Part shown: one piece after another, positions 38,463 to 48,815 of the stretch
Layout: every line of letters starts with the position of its first letter
Numbering within the stretch: the first letter of the stretch is position 1
Origin: an uncultured Bacteroidota bacterium
Lineage (GTDB): Bacteria; Bacteroidota; Bacteroidia; Flavobacteriales; Flavobacteriaceae
Reading direction: 5' to 3'
Assembly: GCA_902557655.1 (NCBI GenBank)
Contig: CACEAZ010000001.1
Location: 7,699-71,698, forward strand
Length of the DNA: 64,000 bases
Made by a program: the position numbers and the translations under genes
The notes under the pieces: generated by a model
What the model was told of the DNA's origin: nothing
Database searches by the model: none
What the model saw: only the letters and a program-made list of their open reading frames with translations

Positions 38463-39560
38463 ATGAAACTTAATGGCTTAAAATTATTTGATGGTTTTCT
38501 TTTTAGCGATCTAAAATATTTAATGGCTTACTCAATCCCGTTAACCGCAATTTTTGGATTTTACATGGGTGGATATTGGTTATTAACTACACCTATTTAT
38601 ATTTTTTTAATAATACCAATAATTGAACATTTATTAACTTTTCTAAAAATCGATGACTTGGAAAAAGGTAGGATAAATAAATCTACTCACTGGATTTTTG
38701 ATCTTATGCTTTACATCAATATACCCCTTGTTTATGGTATTTTAATTTATGCCTTAATTTTTCTGAAAAACAAGGACATATTTTCTATTGAATATATTAT
38801 CGGAATTTTAGCCGTTGGATTAGTGGTTGTTTCAAACGGTATTAATGTTGCTCATGAATTATGTCATAGAAGTAAAAAGTATGAAAAATTCTTAGGAAAA
38901 TTTTTACTTATCCCTTCTTTATACATGCATTTTTATTTAGAACATAATTTTGGTCATCACTTAAAGGTTGCCACTAATGAAGATCCCGTAACGGCCAAAT
39001 TTAATCAACCACTTTATTCCTTTTGGATTAGCGCTATAAAAGGTGAAATTTTATCAGCAATAGAAATTCAAAGTAAGAGATTAGATAAAAACAATCTTTC
39101 TTTTTTCTCTATTTATAATGATATGTTCTGGTACGCAATTATACAATTTTTATATATTCTAATTGTGTTTACTTTTTTTACACTTCAAGGTTTAATTTTT
39201 GTTTTATCAGTTGCACTGTTTTCAATTTTGATGTTTGAATGCGTTAATTATATCGAGCACTATGGATTATTAAGAAAAAAATTATCAAACGGAAGATATG
39301 AAAGAGTTACTGATATGCATTCTTGGAACTCAAACCATATTTTAGGAAGAATTGTTCTTTATGAACTGACAAGACACAGTGACCATCATAGAATTTCTGT
39401 CACAAAATATCAAAATTTAAAATCCATAGACAAATCCCCTCAATTACCATTTGGATATCCAACAAGTATCTTATTATCCTTTATTCCCGTTTTATGGTTT
39501 AAAATAATGAATCCAAGAGTTCCAAAACAAATGTTTCAGATAGAAACTAACAATAATTAA
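38463..39560 (+). CDS. alkB: Alkane 1-monooxygenase (AlkB-type integral-membrane di-iron hydroxylase)
   Basis: All diagnostic boxes are present: HELCHR (Hist-1), LEHNFGHHLKVATNEDPVTA (Hist-2), NYIEHYGL (HYG box) and LTRHSDHH (Hist-3). The N-terminus is polytopic. Confidence 0.8.
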   Translation: MKLNGLKLFDGFLFSDLKYLMAYSIPLTAIFGFYMGGYWLLTTPIYIFLIIPIIEHLLTFLKIDDLEKGRINKSTHWIFDLMLYINIPLVYGILIYALIFLKNKDIFSIEYIIGILAVGLVVVSNGINVAHELCHRSKKYEKFLGKFLLIPSLYMHFYLEHNFGHHLKVATNEDPVTAKFNQPLYSFWISAIKGEILSAIEIQSKRLDKNNLSFFSIYNDMFWYAIIQFLYILIVFTFFTLQGLIFVLSVALFSILMFECVNYIEHYGLLRKKLSNGRYERVTDMHSWNSNHILGRIVLYELTRHSDHHRISVTKYQNLKSIDKSPQLPFGYPTSILLSFIPVLWFKIMNPRVPKQMFQIETNNN

Positions 39561-39561
39561 G

Positions 39562-42312
39562 ATGAAAAAAAACTTATTTCTACTGTTTATTTTTACAAAT
39601 TCTGTAATTTTTTCACAGATAAAAATGACGGGAAAAGTCACTGACAGTATTGGCACACCCTTAGAATTAGCCAACGTTATATTAATTAATTCTGAATCTA
39701 ACTCATTAGAAACATTTGCTATGTCAGATGATAACGGAAATTATAAATTATCCCTTAAGAAAAATACATCTTATAATTTACAAATAAGTTATATAGGTAT
39801 GTTTACTTTTTCACAAATGTTGATGACGAAAGATGATGACATATTTAAAAACTTTTCTCTTCAGTCTAATAATCAATTAGATGCCGTTGAATTGACTTAT
39901 GAAATGCCAGTTGTAATTAGTGGTGATACATTAGTTTATGATGCAGATTCTTTTAAAACTGGCACCGAAAGAAAATTAGAGGATGTTTTAAAAAATTTAC
40001 CAGGCGTTGAAATTAATGATGATGGAGAAATAGAGGTAGAAGGAAAAGCGGTTACTAAGGTCATGGTAGAGGGAAAGGATTTCTTTGATGGAGACTCTAA
40101 AATTGCATCAAAAAATATACCCTCAAATGCTGTTGATAAGGTTCAAATACTTAAAAATTATGCCGAGGTTGGACAATTAAGCTCGGTTCAAAATAACCAA
40201 GACAATATTGCAATTAATATAAAATTAAAAAAGGGTAAAGATAAATTTTGGTTCGGTAATATTTTAGCAGGTTCAGGCGAATCACCCAACTACACTCAAA
40301 ACCAAGATTTAGACTTATATATTTTTCAGCCAAAACTATTTTTCTACAGCCCAACATACAGCATCAATGTAATTGGCGATTTAAATAATATTGGTGAACA
40401 AGCATTTACAAGAAGGGATTATTGGAATTTTTCTGGTGGATTTAAAAGGCCTAGCGGAAAAAGCGGAACAAATATTTCTTTGGGTAACAACAATCTTGGT
40501 TTTTTACAACTACAAAATAATAGAGCCAAAGACATAAACACCGAATTTATCGCGATTAACTCAAGTTTTTCTCCGTCAAAGAAATTAGACTATTCAGCTT
40601 TTTTAATTTTAACAAATAGTGAAACAGAAATTCAGCAAAATAACAGTACACAATATGTTGGATTGATTGACGATATTCCCGATGAAAATACTCAAACTAA
40701 TACTTCGCAAACAAGTGAATTAGGAATTGGTAAATTCTCGTTAAAATTTAATCCTAATGTTAATAATCAAGTTGATTACGAAGTTTTAGGAAGGGTTACA
40801 AACGAATCTCAGGATCAAAACTATCTTTCATCCGTTATTGGTTCAATCGAGCAGTTAGACGAAGCTGAAACTTTTAGCATAAATCAAAACTTAAATTATT
40901 ATTATACATTAAATGAGAAAAATATTTTTGCTCTAGAGGCTCAACATCAATTAAAAGATGAGGATCCGTTTTATAATGCTTTATTGGAAAATAATGATAA
41001 TTACCAGACCACGGCGATTGGTCTTGGGTTAGACAATTCTTTTCCCTTTTATAATATTGCACAGGATAAAAGAGTAAAGTCAAATCAATTAGACGCAAAA
41101 GTTGATTATTGGAATATTTTAAATAAGAAAAGTGATTTAAACCTAACCCTTGGTACAATTTATAGCAAGCAAGATTTTGATTCGGAAATATTTCAATATC
41201 TATCCGAGTATGATGAAAACATTTACAATCCTACATCCCTAGTTAATGATGGTTTTGACTCTAATGATGTTAGCTATTTATTTAATGATCTGTATTTGGG
41301 ACTGCATTACAGATTAAAAACAGGGAAATTTACCATCAGTCCTGGATTTACGGCACATTCATATAATTCTGAAAATAATCAGAGTGGATCTGTTGATTCT
41401 AATTTTTCTTATAAAAAATCTTTTTTTAAAATTCTTCCAGATTTTAATATGATTATTCAATTAAAGGATAGTGAGTCACTTATATTAAATTATGCAATGA
41501 GAACTCAATTTACCGATATAACCAAGATTGCAAGAGGTTTAGTTCTGAATAATTATAATTCACTTTTTATCGGAACCCAAGATTTGCAAAATGCTGTTTC
41601 TCATAACATTAGTTTAAATTATTACAGTTTTAATTTATTTAACTATACAAATGTTTACGCAGGAATTAATTATAATAAGTCAATTGATCAAATAAGAAAC
41701 TTAACAAGTTTTGAAAGTGTCATAGCCACCAGTAATCCTTTCAATTCTTCTTTTGCTGATGAAAATTTATCGGTATATGGTAGATATCAAAGATCATATG
41801 GCAAAATTAGAGGTACCTTAGGAACAAGCTTAAGCTTATCAAAATTTAATCAATTCATTAGGGATACTTCAGCACCAAGTCTCAATGAAACATTTTCACA
41901 AAGTTATAATAGCTCAATAAGAACCCTTTTTAAAAATGCTCCTAATATCGAGGCAGGAATTAAGTACTCTGTCAGTGAAACTAATATAGGCTCCCTAGAA
42001 ACAAAATATTTTACAGAGAGTCCATTTGTTGAGCTTGATGCTTTGATTTTAAAATCTTTTACCTTTAGAACAAACTACTCAACAACTAAATTTAAAGATC
42101 AAAACACGGTTTTGAATAATTATAAATTTTTTGATGCATCATTATCATACAGAACAGATAAAGAGAGCAAGTGGGAGTTTGAAATCAAAGCAACAAACCT
42201 TTTGGATACAAAGTCACAAAGTCAATCAAGTGTGTCAAATATTTCTGTAAGCACCTCTGAATATTTTATTCAGCCCAGATTTATTACTTTAAGACTGATA
42301 TATACTCTGTAA
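39562..42312 (+). CDS. Outer-membrane beta-barrel / TonB-dependent-receptor-like protein with a CarboxypepD_reg N-terminal domain
   Basis: Signal peptide, GKVTDSIGTPLELANVILIN and GDTLVYDADSFKTGTERKLEDVLKNLPGVEINDDGEIEVEGKAVTKVMVEGKDFF (plug-like). A long beta-rich region ends in an aromatic-rich C-terminus (RLIYTL). Confidence 0.7.
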   Translation: MKKNLFLLFIFTNSVIFSQIKMTGKVTDSIGTPLELANVILINSESNSLETFAMSDDNGNYKLSLKKNTSYNLQISYIGMFTFSQMLMTKDDDIFKNFSLQSNNQLDAVELTYEMPVVISGDTLVYDADSFKTGTERKLEDVLKNLPGVEINDDGEIEVEGKAVTKVMVEGKDFFDGDSKIASKNIPSNAVDKVQILKNYAEVGQLSSVQNNQDNIAINIKLKKGKDKFWFGNILAGSGESPNYTQNQDLDLYIFQPKLFFYSPTYSINVIGDLNNIGEQAFTRRDYWNFSGGFKRPSGKSGTNISLGNNNLGFLQLQNNRAKDINTEFIAINSSFSPSKKLDYSAFLILTNSETEIQQNNSTQYVGLIDDIPDENTQTNTSQTSELGIGKFSLKFNPNVNNQVDYEVLGRVTNESQDQNYLSSVIGSIEQLDEAETFSINQNLNYYYTLNEKNIFALEAQHQLKDEDPFYNALLENNDNYQTTAIGLGLDNSFPFYNIAQDKRVKSNQLDAKVDYWNILNKKSDLNLTLGTIYSKQDFDSEIFQYLSEYDENIYNPTSLVNDGFDSNDVSYLFNDLYLGLHYRLKTGKFTISPGFTAHSYNSENNQSGSVDSNFSYKKSFFKILPDFNMIIQLKDSESLILNYAMRTQFTDITKIARGLVLNNYNSLFIGTQDLQNAVSHNISLNYYSFNLFNYTNVYAGINYNKSIDQIRNLTSFESVIATSNPFNSSFADENLSVYGRYQRSYGKIRGTLGTSLSLSKFNQFIRDTSAPSLNETFSQSYNSSIRTLFKNAPNIEAGIKYSVSETNIGSLETKYFTESPFVELDALILKSFTFRTNYSTTKFKDQNTVLNNYKFFDASLSYRTDKESKWEFEIKATNLLDTKSQSQSSVSNISVSTSEYFIQPRFITLRLIYTL

Positions 42313-42421
42313 ATTTATTTAAGAATTCTTTTTTTAGTTGAAGAAAAAGTTTTTCTTTATAAAGTAGATTAGCTCCAGATATAATTTTATTGGATATAAT
42401 TTACTTTTTTTATTACAAAAA

Positions 42422-44104
42422 ATGAAAAAATTAAATAAATATAGTCGTGTGATTACAAAGGATAATTCACAACCTGCAGCTCAGGCTATGCTTTACGCTA
42501 TTGGTTTTTCAGACGAAGATTTTGAAAAGCCTCTAATAGGAATTGCGAGTACTGGTTATGAAGGAAACCCGTGTAATATGCATCTAAACAAGTTGGCTCT
42601 TGACGTAAAGTCTGGGGTAGAGTCAATTGATTATGTTGGTTTGATATTCAATACAATAGGTGTAAGTGATGGAATCTCAATGGGAACTCCTGGAATGAGA
42701 TACTCTTTACCGTCAAGAGATATAATTGCTGACTCTGTCGAAACCGTGGTTCAAGCAATGAGTTATGATGGATTAATAACGGTTGTCGGATGTGACAAAA
42801 ATATGCCTGGTGCATTAATGGGTATGATTCGTTTAAATAGACCTTCAATTTTATTGTATGGAGGAACCATCGACTCAGGATGTCATAAAAATAAGAAACT
42901 TGATATTGTTTCAGCATTTGAAGCCTGGGGTAGCAATGTTTCTGGAAAAATGGATAATAATGAATACAGGAGTATTATAAAAAAATCTTGTCCAGGATCA
43001 GGAGCATGCGGTGGGATGTACACTGCTAATACTATGGCATCTGCAATAGAGGCCTTAGGCATGTCAATGCCCTATTCTTCTTCGATTCCTGCAAATGATG
43101 ATCAAAGGAAAAATATTTCCAAAGAAGCTGGAAAAGCTATTAAGTTAATAATTGAGCAGGATATTAAACCATTGGATATTATCAACAAAAAATCAATCGA
43201 AAATGCAGTAACTACTGTTGTTGCATTGGGAGGGTCAACAAATGCTGTATTACATTTTTTGGCAATTGCAAGAGCTGCAAAAATTGATTTTACTTTGGAT
43301 GATTTCCAAAGAATTAGCGATAAAACTCCCTTCATTGCTGACTTGAAGCCAAGTGGTAAATATCTTATGGAGGATTTACATGAAATTGGTGGAATCCCAA
43401 TTGTGCTAAAATATTTATTAGACTCTGGCTTTTTACACGGGGAGTGTTTAACGGTTACCGGAAAATCTTTAAAAGAAAATCTTAACGATGTAGATGTCCT
43501 TAAATTTGACCAGGATGTTATAAGATCAATTGAAAAACCAATTAAACCTACCGGTCATATTAGGATTTTGTATGGAAACCTTGCCGAAGAAGGTAGTGTA
43601 GCAAAAATAACTGGAAAAGAAGGCTTGCAATTTACTGGCCCTGCCAAAGTCTATGATTCAGAGGAAGACGCTAATAACGGAATTAAGAACGGTCAAGTAG
43701 AAAGAGGTGATGTTGTTGTAATAAGATATGTTGGTCCAAAAGGTGGGCCGGGTATGCCAGAAATGTTAAAGCCAACAGCTGGTATAATGGGAGCAGGTTT
43801 AGGTAAACATGTTGCTCTAATAACAGATGGAAGATTTTCAGGTGGAACCCATGGTTTTGTGGTTGGTCACATTACGCCCGAAGCACAAGTTGGAGGAACA
43901 ATTGCATTAATAAAGAATGGTGATGAGATTTCTATTGATGCCAGTGAAAACAAGATTAATTTACACATAAGTAAGCAAGAAATAATTGACAGAAAAAAAA
44001 GTTGGATACAACCAAAAATAAAGGCGAGTAGTGGTTCTCTTTTTAAATATGCAAACGTTGTCTCATCTGCTTCAAAAGGTTGTGTAACAGATGAATTTAA
44101 TTAA
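42422..44104 (+). CDS. ilvD: Dihydroxy-acid dehydratase
   Basis: [45 protein letters not shown] and [14 protein letters not shown]. Confidence 0.95.
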   Translation: MKKLNKYSRVITKDNSQPAAQAMLYAIGFSDEDFEKPLIGIASTGYEGNPCNMHLNKLALDVKSGVESIDYVGLIFNTIGVSDGISMGTPGMRYSLPSRDIIADSVETVVQAMSYDGLITVVGCDKNMPGALMGMIRLNRPSILLYGGTIDSGCHKNKKLDIVSAFEAWGSNVSGKMDNNEYRSIIKKSCPGSGACGGMYTANTMASAIEALGMSMPYSSSIPANDDQRKNISKEAGKAIKLIIEQDIKPLDIINKKSIENAVTTVVALGGSTNAVLHFLAIARAAKIDFTLDDFQRISDKTPFIADLKPSGKYLMEDLHEIGGIPIVLKYLLDSGFLHGECLTVTGKSLKENLNDVDVLKFDQDVIRSIEKPIKPTGHIRILYGNLAEEGSVAKITGKEGLQFTGPAKVYDSEEDANNGIKNGQVERGDVVVIRYVGPKGGPGMPEMLKPTAGIMGAGLGKHVALITDGRFSGGTHGFVVGHITPEAQVGGTIALIKNGDEISIDASENKINLHISKQEIIDRKKSWIQPKIKASSGSLFKYANVVSSASKGCVTDEFN

Positions 44105-44110
44105 TATATT

Positions 44111-45799
44111 ATGTCTAAAATTTCAGGTAGTGAAGCTGTAATAAAATGTCTTTTAGAAGAAGGTGTCGATATAATTTATGGGTATCCAGGAGGAGCAATA
44201 ATGCCTGTATATGATGAGTTATATAAATACCAAGATAAAATTCAACACGTTCTAACAAGACATGAACAAGGAGCAACTCATTCTGCTCAGGGATTTGCGA
44301 GAATTTCAGGAAGGGTAGGTGTGGCTATTGCTACTTCAGGCCCTGGAGCTACAAATCTTGTAACTGGGATAGCAGATGCTCAAATTGATTCAACTCCCAT
44401 GGTTTGTATAACTGGGCAGGTTGGCTCACATTTATTAGGAAGTGATGCATTTCAAGAAACAGATATCATAGGTATCTCTACCCCAATAACAAAATGGAAT
44501 TATCAAATAACTAAAGCTTCAGAAATTCCTGAAATTTTTGCCAAGGCATTTTATATAGCTAAAAGTGGAAGACCTGGACCCGTATTAATCGACATTACCA
44601 AAGACGCACAATTTGAAGAATTTAATTTTTCGTACAAGAGGATTAACGGAATGAGAAGCTATAAACCGACACCCACCATTAATATGGACAAAATTCAACA
44701 AGCAGCTGATTTAATTAATAGGGCTAAAAAGCCATTGATAGTTTGGGGTCAAGGGGTAATATTAGGTAATGCTGAAAAAGAATTTACAGATTTAATAGAA
44801 AAATCTGGAATACCAGCTGCGTGGACAATATTGGGTGCATCAGCTATTCCTACTGATCATAGTCTTAACGTCGGTATGTTAGGAATGCATGGTAATTATG
44901 CCCCAAATGTTTTAACTAACCAGTGTGATGTTCTAATTGCAATAGGTATGAGGTTTGATGACAGAGTCACTGGTGATGTTAATAGGTATGCTAAACAGGC
45001 TAAAATAATTCATTTTGAAATTGATCCTGCTGAAGTAAATAAGAATATTGAGGTTGATATTCCTGTTCTTGGTGACGCAAAGGAAACTCTTTCTAAAATA
45101 ATTCCATTAATTGATAAAAAATCACATAAAAATTGGTTGAATGAATTTAAAAAGCTTTATCAAATTGAATATGATAAAGTGATTCATGGTGAATTAAATC
45201 CTTCAAAAAAGGGGTTAACTATGGGTGAGGTTATTAAAGAAATTAATTTCCAAACAAAGGGGAATGCAGCTATCGTTTCTGATGTCGGTCAACATCAGAT
45301 GGTTGCATGCAGATATGCAAATTTCAATAAATCAAAAAGTAACATAACCTCAGGTGGATTAGGAACAATGGGGTTTGCTTTGCCTGCTGCAATTGGAGCT
45401 AAAATGGCATCTCCAGAAAGGGAAGTGGTCGCAGTGATTGGTGATGGAGGTTATCAAATGACTATTCAAGAGCTTGGGACTGTTTTTCAGACTAAAGCCG
45501 CTGTTAAAATAGTTGTTTTAAATAATGATTTTTTAGGAATGGTAAGACAATGGCAACAATTATTTTTTGATAAAAGATATGCTTCAACAGAAATGGTAAA
45601 TCCAGATTTTGTTAAAATTGCTGAGGGATATTATTTAAAGGCAAAAAGAGTGACGGATCGCAAAGACCTCGCAAATGCTGTTGAAGAAATGATTAAATCC
45701 AATGAACCTTATTTTTTGGAGGTTGTAGTTGAAAAAGAAGGTAATGTATTTCCTATGATACCTACTGGCTCTTCTGTTTCAGAAATTAGATTAAGTTAA
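44111..45799 (+). CDS. ilvB: Acetolactate synthase large (catalytic) subunit
   Basis: GYPGGAIMPVYDEL, TRHEQGA.H.A.G.AR, SGPGATNLVTG, GQHQMW-like GQHQMV and the ThDP motif GDGGYQM...LNN. Confidence 0.93.
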   Translation: MSKISGSEAVIKCLLEEGVDIIYGYPGGAIMPVYDELYKYQDKIQHVLTRHEQGATHSAQGFARISGRVGVAIATSGPGATNLVTGIADAQIDSTPMVCITGQVGSHLLGSDAFQETDIIGISTPITKWNYQITKASEIPEIFAKAFYIAKSGRPGPVLIDITKDAQFEEFNFSYKRINGMRSYKPTPTINMDKIQQAADLINRAKKPLIVWGQGVILGNAEKEFTDLIEKSGIPAAWTILGASAIPTDHSLNVGMLGMHGNYAPNVLTNQCDVLIAIGMRFDDRVTGDVNRYAKQAKIIHFEIDPAEVNKNIEVDIPVLGDAKETLSKIIPLIDKKSHKNWLNEFKKLYQIEYDKVIHGELNPSKKGLTMGEVIKEINFQTKGNAAIVSDVGQHQMVACRYANFNKSKSNITSGGLGTMGFALPAAIGAKMASPEREVVAVIGDGGYQMTIQELGTVFQTKAAVKIVVLNNDFLGMVRQWQQLFFDKRYASTEMVNPDFVKIAEGYYLKAKRVTDRKDLANAVEEMIKSNEPYFLEVVVEKEGNVFPMIPTGSSVSEIRLS

Positions 45800-45803
45800 T
45801 GAT

Positions 45804-46346
45804 ATGAGTAAAAAAACAAATAAATATACAGTTTCTGTTTACACGGAAGACAGTGTCGGTTTATTAAACCGAATTTCTGCAATTTTTCAACGTCGTCATA
45901 TTAATATAGAAAGTTTTAATTCCTCAATGACAGAAATTGAAAGTGTTCAAAGATGGACAATTCTTATTTTAACGACCGAAGTTCAAATTAAAAAAATTGT
46001 TGGTCAGATAAATAAGCAAATTGAAGTTATTAAAGCATACTATCACACTGACGAAGAAACCATCTATCAAGAATCTTGTCTTTTTAAAATCAAATCATCT
46101 TTACTTTTTGATGACAGGCAAATTCAAAATATTATTAAAGAAAGTAATGCAGTAATTGTCACAGTTAACCCGGAATTTTTTGTAATAGAGAAATCCGGAA
46201 GAACTCATGAATTAGATGGGCTTTATGAAAAACTAAGTAATTACGGAATTTTACAATATGTAAGATCTGCAAGAATTGCTGTAACAAAAGCTCCATTAAT
46301 GATCTCAGAAATATTAACAGATTTTAAAAAAAATAAAAATGAATAA
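45804..46346 (+). CDS. ilvN: Acetolactate synthase small (regulatory) subunit
   Basis: ACT domain [29 protein letters not shown]. It lies directly after ilvB. Confidence 0.85.
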   Translation: MSKKTNKYTVSVYTEDSVGLLNRISAIFQRRHINIESFNSSMTEIESVQRWTILILTTEVQIKKIVGQINKQIEVIKAYYHTDEETIYQESCLFKIKSSLLFDDRQIQNIIKESNAVIVTVNPEFFVIEKSGRTHELDGLYEKLSNYGILQYVRSARIAVTKAPLMISEILTDFKKNKNE

Positions 46347-47808
46347 TTATTTTAATTCATTGACTGAATCAGAAAAAACTGATCAATTATCAAAATGTAG
46401 ATTTATGAATTTAGACGAGTTTAAAAATAAAAACTCGCTTCTAAAAAACAAAAAAATTGTAATTGTTGGTTGTGGAGCACAAGGATTAAACCAAGGTTTA
46501 AACATGAAAGATTCTGGTTTAGATATTTCGTACGCATTACGTGAATCATCAATTGCTTCTAAAAGACCATCTTTTATTAACGCAACTTCTAATGGATTTA
46601 ACGTAGGAACATTTGAAAAGTTAATCCCTAATGCAGATGTTGTTATCAATTTAACCCCAGATAAAAATCATACTCAAGTGGTAAAATCAGTAATGCCGCT
46701 GATGAAAAAAAATAGTGTTTTATCTTATTCACATGGATTTAATATTGTTGAAGAAGGGGTTAAGATAAGAGAAGATATTACAGTTATAATGGTTGCTCCA
46801 AAATGTCCTGGAACTGAAGTAAGAGAAGAATTTAAAAGAGGATTTGGGGTGCCAACACTAATTGCAGTTCATTATGCAAATGACCCTAAGGGTTTAGGAT
46901 TAGAACTAGCAAAAGCTTATGCCTATTCGTTAGGTTCACACAGAGCAGGTGTATTAGAGTCATCTTTTGTTGCTGAAGTAAAAAGCGACTTAATGGGTGA
47001 ACAAACAATATTATGTGGTGTTTTACAAACAGCTTCAATTTTATTGTTTGACAAGATGGTTTCTTTGGGTATTGATAAAAATTATGCATCGAAGTTACTT
47101 CAAAACGGATGGGAAGTAATTACGGAATCTTTAAAGCATGGAGGTATAACCAAAATGATGGATCAATTATCTGATCACTCTAAAGTTAAAGCTTGTGAGC
47201 TCTCGGATAATTTAAAATCAATTATGAAGCCTTTATTTGAAAAACACATGGATGATATAATTTCAGGAGAATTTTCACTTGGAATGATGAAAGATTGGGG
47301 TAATGATGATGTAAAATTATTAAACTGGAGAGAAGAAACTGGAAATACAAATTTTGAAAAGACCATTTCATCTGCTGAAGATATTTCTACATCAGAATAT
47401 TTTGAAAAAGGAATTGTAATGATTGCTTTTGTAAAGTCTGGGGTTGAGCTGGCATTTGAAACTATGGTTTCAGCGGGTATAATTGATGAATCTGCTTATT
47501 ATGAATCCTTACATGAATTACCATTAATTGCGAATTTAGTTTCTAGAAAAAAACTTTATGAAATGAACAGTATTATTTCAGATACTGCAGAGTATGGATG
47601 TTATTTATTTTCTAATGAAGCAAAACCATTATTAGAAAATTTTATTGACATGTTGGACTCTACTCATATTGGAGTGGGGATTAATAATCCAGTACAAATT
47701 GAGCAAGACTTACTTAAAAAAATTAACTTTGAAATAAATAATCATCCGGTAGAAAAGATCGGCTTAGAATTAAGAAAGTCTATGACCGCGATGAAAAATT
47801 TATTTTAG
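46339..47808 (+). CDS. ilvC: Ketol-acid reductoisomerase, long (class II) form
   Basis: [12 protein letters not shown] Rossmann motif, [13 protein letters not shown] and a duplicated knotted domain (489 aa). It overlaps ilvN by 8 nt. Confidence 0.93.
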   Translation: MNNYFNSLTESEKTDQLSKCRFMNLDEFKNKNSLLKNKKIVIVGCGAQGLNQGLNMKDSGLDISYALRESSIASKRPSFINATSNGFNVGTFEKLIPNADVVINLTPDKNHTQVVKSVMPLMKKNSVLSYSHGFNIVEEGVKIREDITVIMVAPKCPGTEVREEFKRGFGVPTLIAVHYANDPKGLGLELAKAYAYSLGSHRAGVLESSFVAEVKSDLMGEQTILCGVLQTASILLFDKMVSLGIDKNYASKLLQNGWEVITESLKHGGITKMMDQLSDHSKVKACELSDNLKSIMKPLFEKHMDDIISGEFSLGMMKDWGNDDVKLLNWREETGNTNFEKTISSAEDISTSEYFEKGIVMIAFVKSGVELAFETMVSAGIIDESAYYESLHELPLIANLVSRKKLYEMNSIISDTAEYGCYLFSNEAKPLLENFIDMLDSTHIGVGINNPVQIEQDLLKKINFEINNHPVEKIGLELRKSMTAMKNLF

Positions 47809-48815
47809 TGAATAAATTTATTGAATTAAGGAAAATACAAACTGCTCACAAAAATCTTTCTAGTGTAGCTATTAATACATCTTTTCACGAAGTCAAAACT
47901 TATTCTAAGATATATAATTCTAAAATTTTTTTTAAGAGAGAGGATCTTCAAAAAATTAGATCATTTAAAATTCGGGGAGCTTATAATAAAATAATTAGTT
48001 TAAGTGCTCAGGAGGTTGAGAACGGAATTGTATGTGCAAGTGCGGGTAACCATGCTCAAGGTTTTGCTGTAAGTTGTGAAATGTTGGGTTATCGCGGGAA
48101 GGTTTTTATGCCTGTTACTACTCCAAATCAAAAAATTAAACAGGTAAAAAAATTTGGTAAAGACAATATCGAGGTAGTTCTTTTTGGCAATAATTTTACA
48201 CAGGCCTATAAAAAAGCGTTAGAGGATTGTAAAACTAACGGCAAGACTTTTATTCATCCTTTTGATGACATTAAAGTTATTGAGGGTCAAGCAACAGTTT
48301 TTCTTGAAATTTTAAATCAGTTTAAAAATAAAATTGATTATATATTTATTCCCATAGGAGGAGGAGGATTAATTTCTGGCGCAATTAACGTTTTTAAACA
48401 ACTTAGCCCTTCAACTAAAATAGTTGGGATTGAGCCTATGGGGGCTCCCTCAATGCTTAAATCACTTGAGCAAAATAAATTAGTAACTCTTGAAAAAATC
48501 AATGGTTTTGTGGACGGAGCTGCAGTAAAAAAAGTTGGTAATTTTAGTTTTGATTACTGTAAAGATTTTATAGATGATATTATATTAATTGATGAAGGAG
48601 AAATATGTAAATCTATATTAGATTTGAATAAAATTGAGGGGATAATAGCCGAACCAGCAGGAGCAATGTCAGCCGCTGCTTTAAGACAATACAAAGACAA
48701 GATAATTAATAAGAATGTTGTTTGTATAATTTGTGGCGGTAATAATGATGAGAAGAGAATGCCTGAAATAAACAAAAGAGCAAAAACATGGATGATTAAT
48801 AATCCAAGTTGCTAA
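47808..48815 (+). CDS. ilvA: Threonine ammonia-lyase (threonine dehydratase) consisting of the PLP catalytic domain only
   Basis: FKREDLQKIRSFKIRGA (PLP Lys), ASAGNHAQG and GGGGLISG. The frame stops about 25 aa after the GGNND block, so no ACT-like regulatory domain is encoded. GTG start overlaps the ilvC stop by 1 nt. Confidence 0.85.
   Translation: MNKFIELRKIQTAHKNLSSVAINTSFHEVKTYSKIYNSKIFFKREDLQKIRSFKIRGAYNKIISLSAQEVENGIVCASAGNHAQGFAVSCEMLGYRGKVFMPVTTPNQKIKQVKKFGKDNIEVVLFGNNFTQAYKKALEDCKTNGKTFIHPFDDIKVIEGQATVFLEILNQFKNKIDYIFIPIGGGGLISGAINVFKQLSPSTKIVGIEPMGAPSMLKSLEQNKLVTLEKINGFVDGAAVKKVGNFSFDYCKDFIDDIILIDEGEICKSILDLNKIEGIIAEPAGAMSAAALRQYKDKIINKNVVCIICGGNNDEKRMPEINKRAKTWMINNPSC

Noticed and set aside
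42313-42421. An Ile/Leu/Val leader peptide or terminator-attenuator in front of ilvD.
   Set aside because: The spacer has no ATG. The only TTG-initiated mini-frame (MKKKFFFIK) is not ILV-rich, and the only hairpin candidate (GAAGAAAA/TTTTCTTT) is a weak A/T stem.
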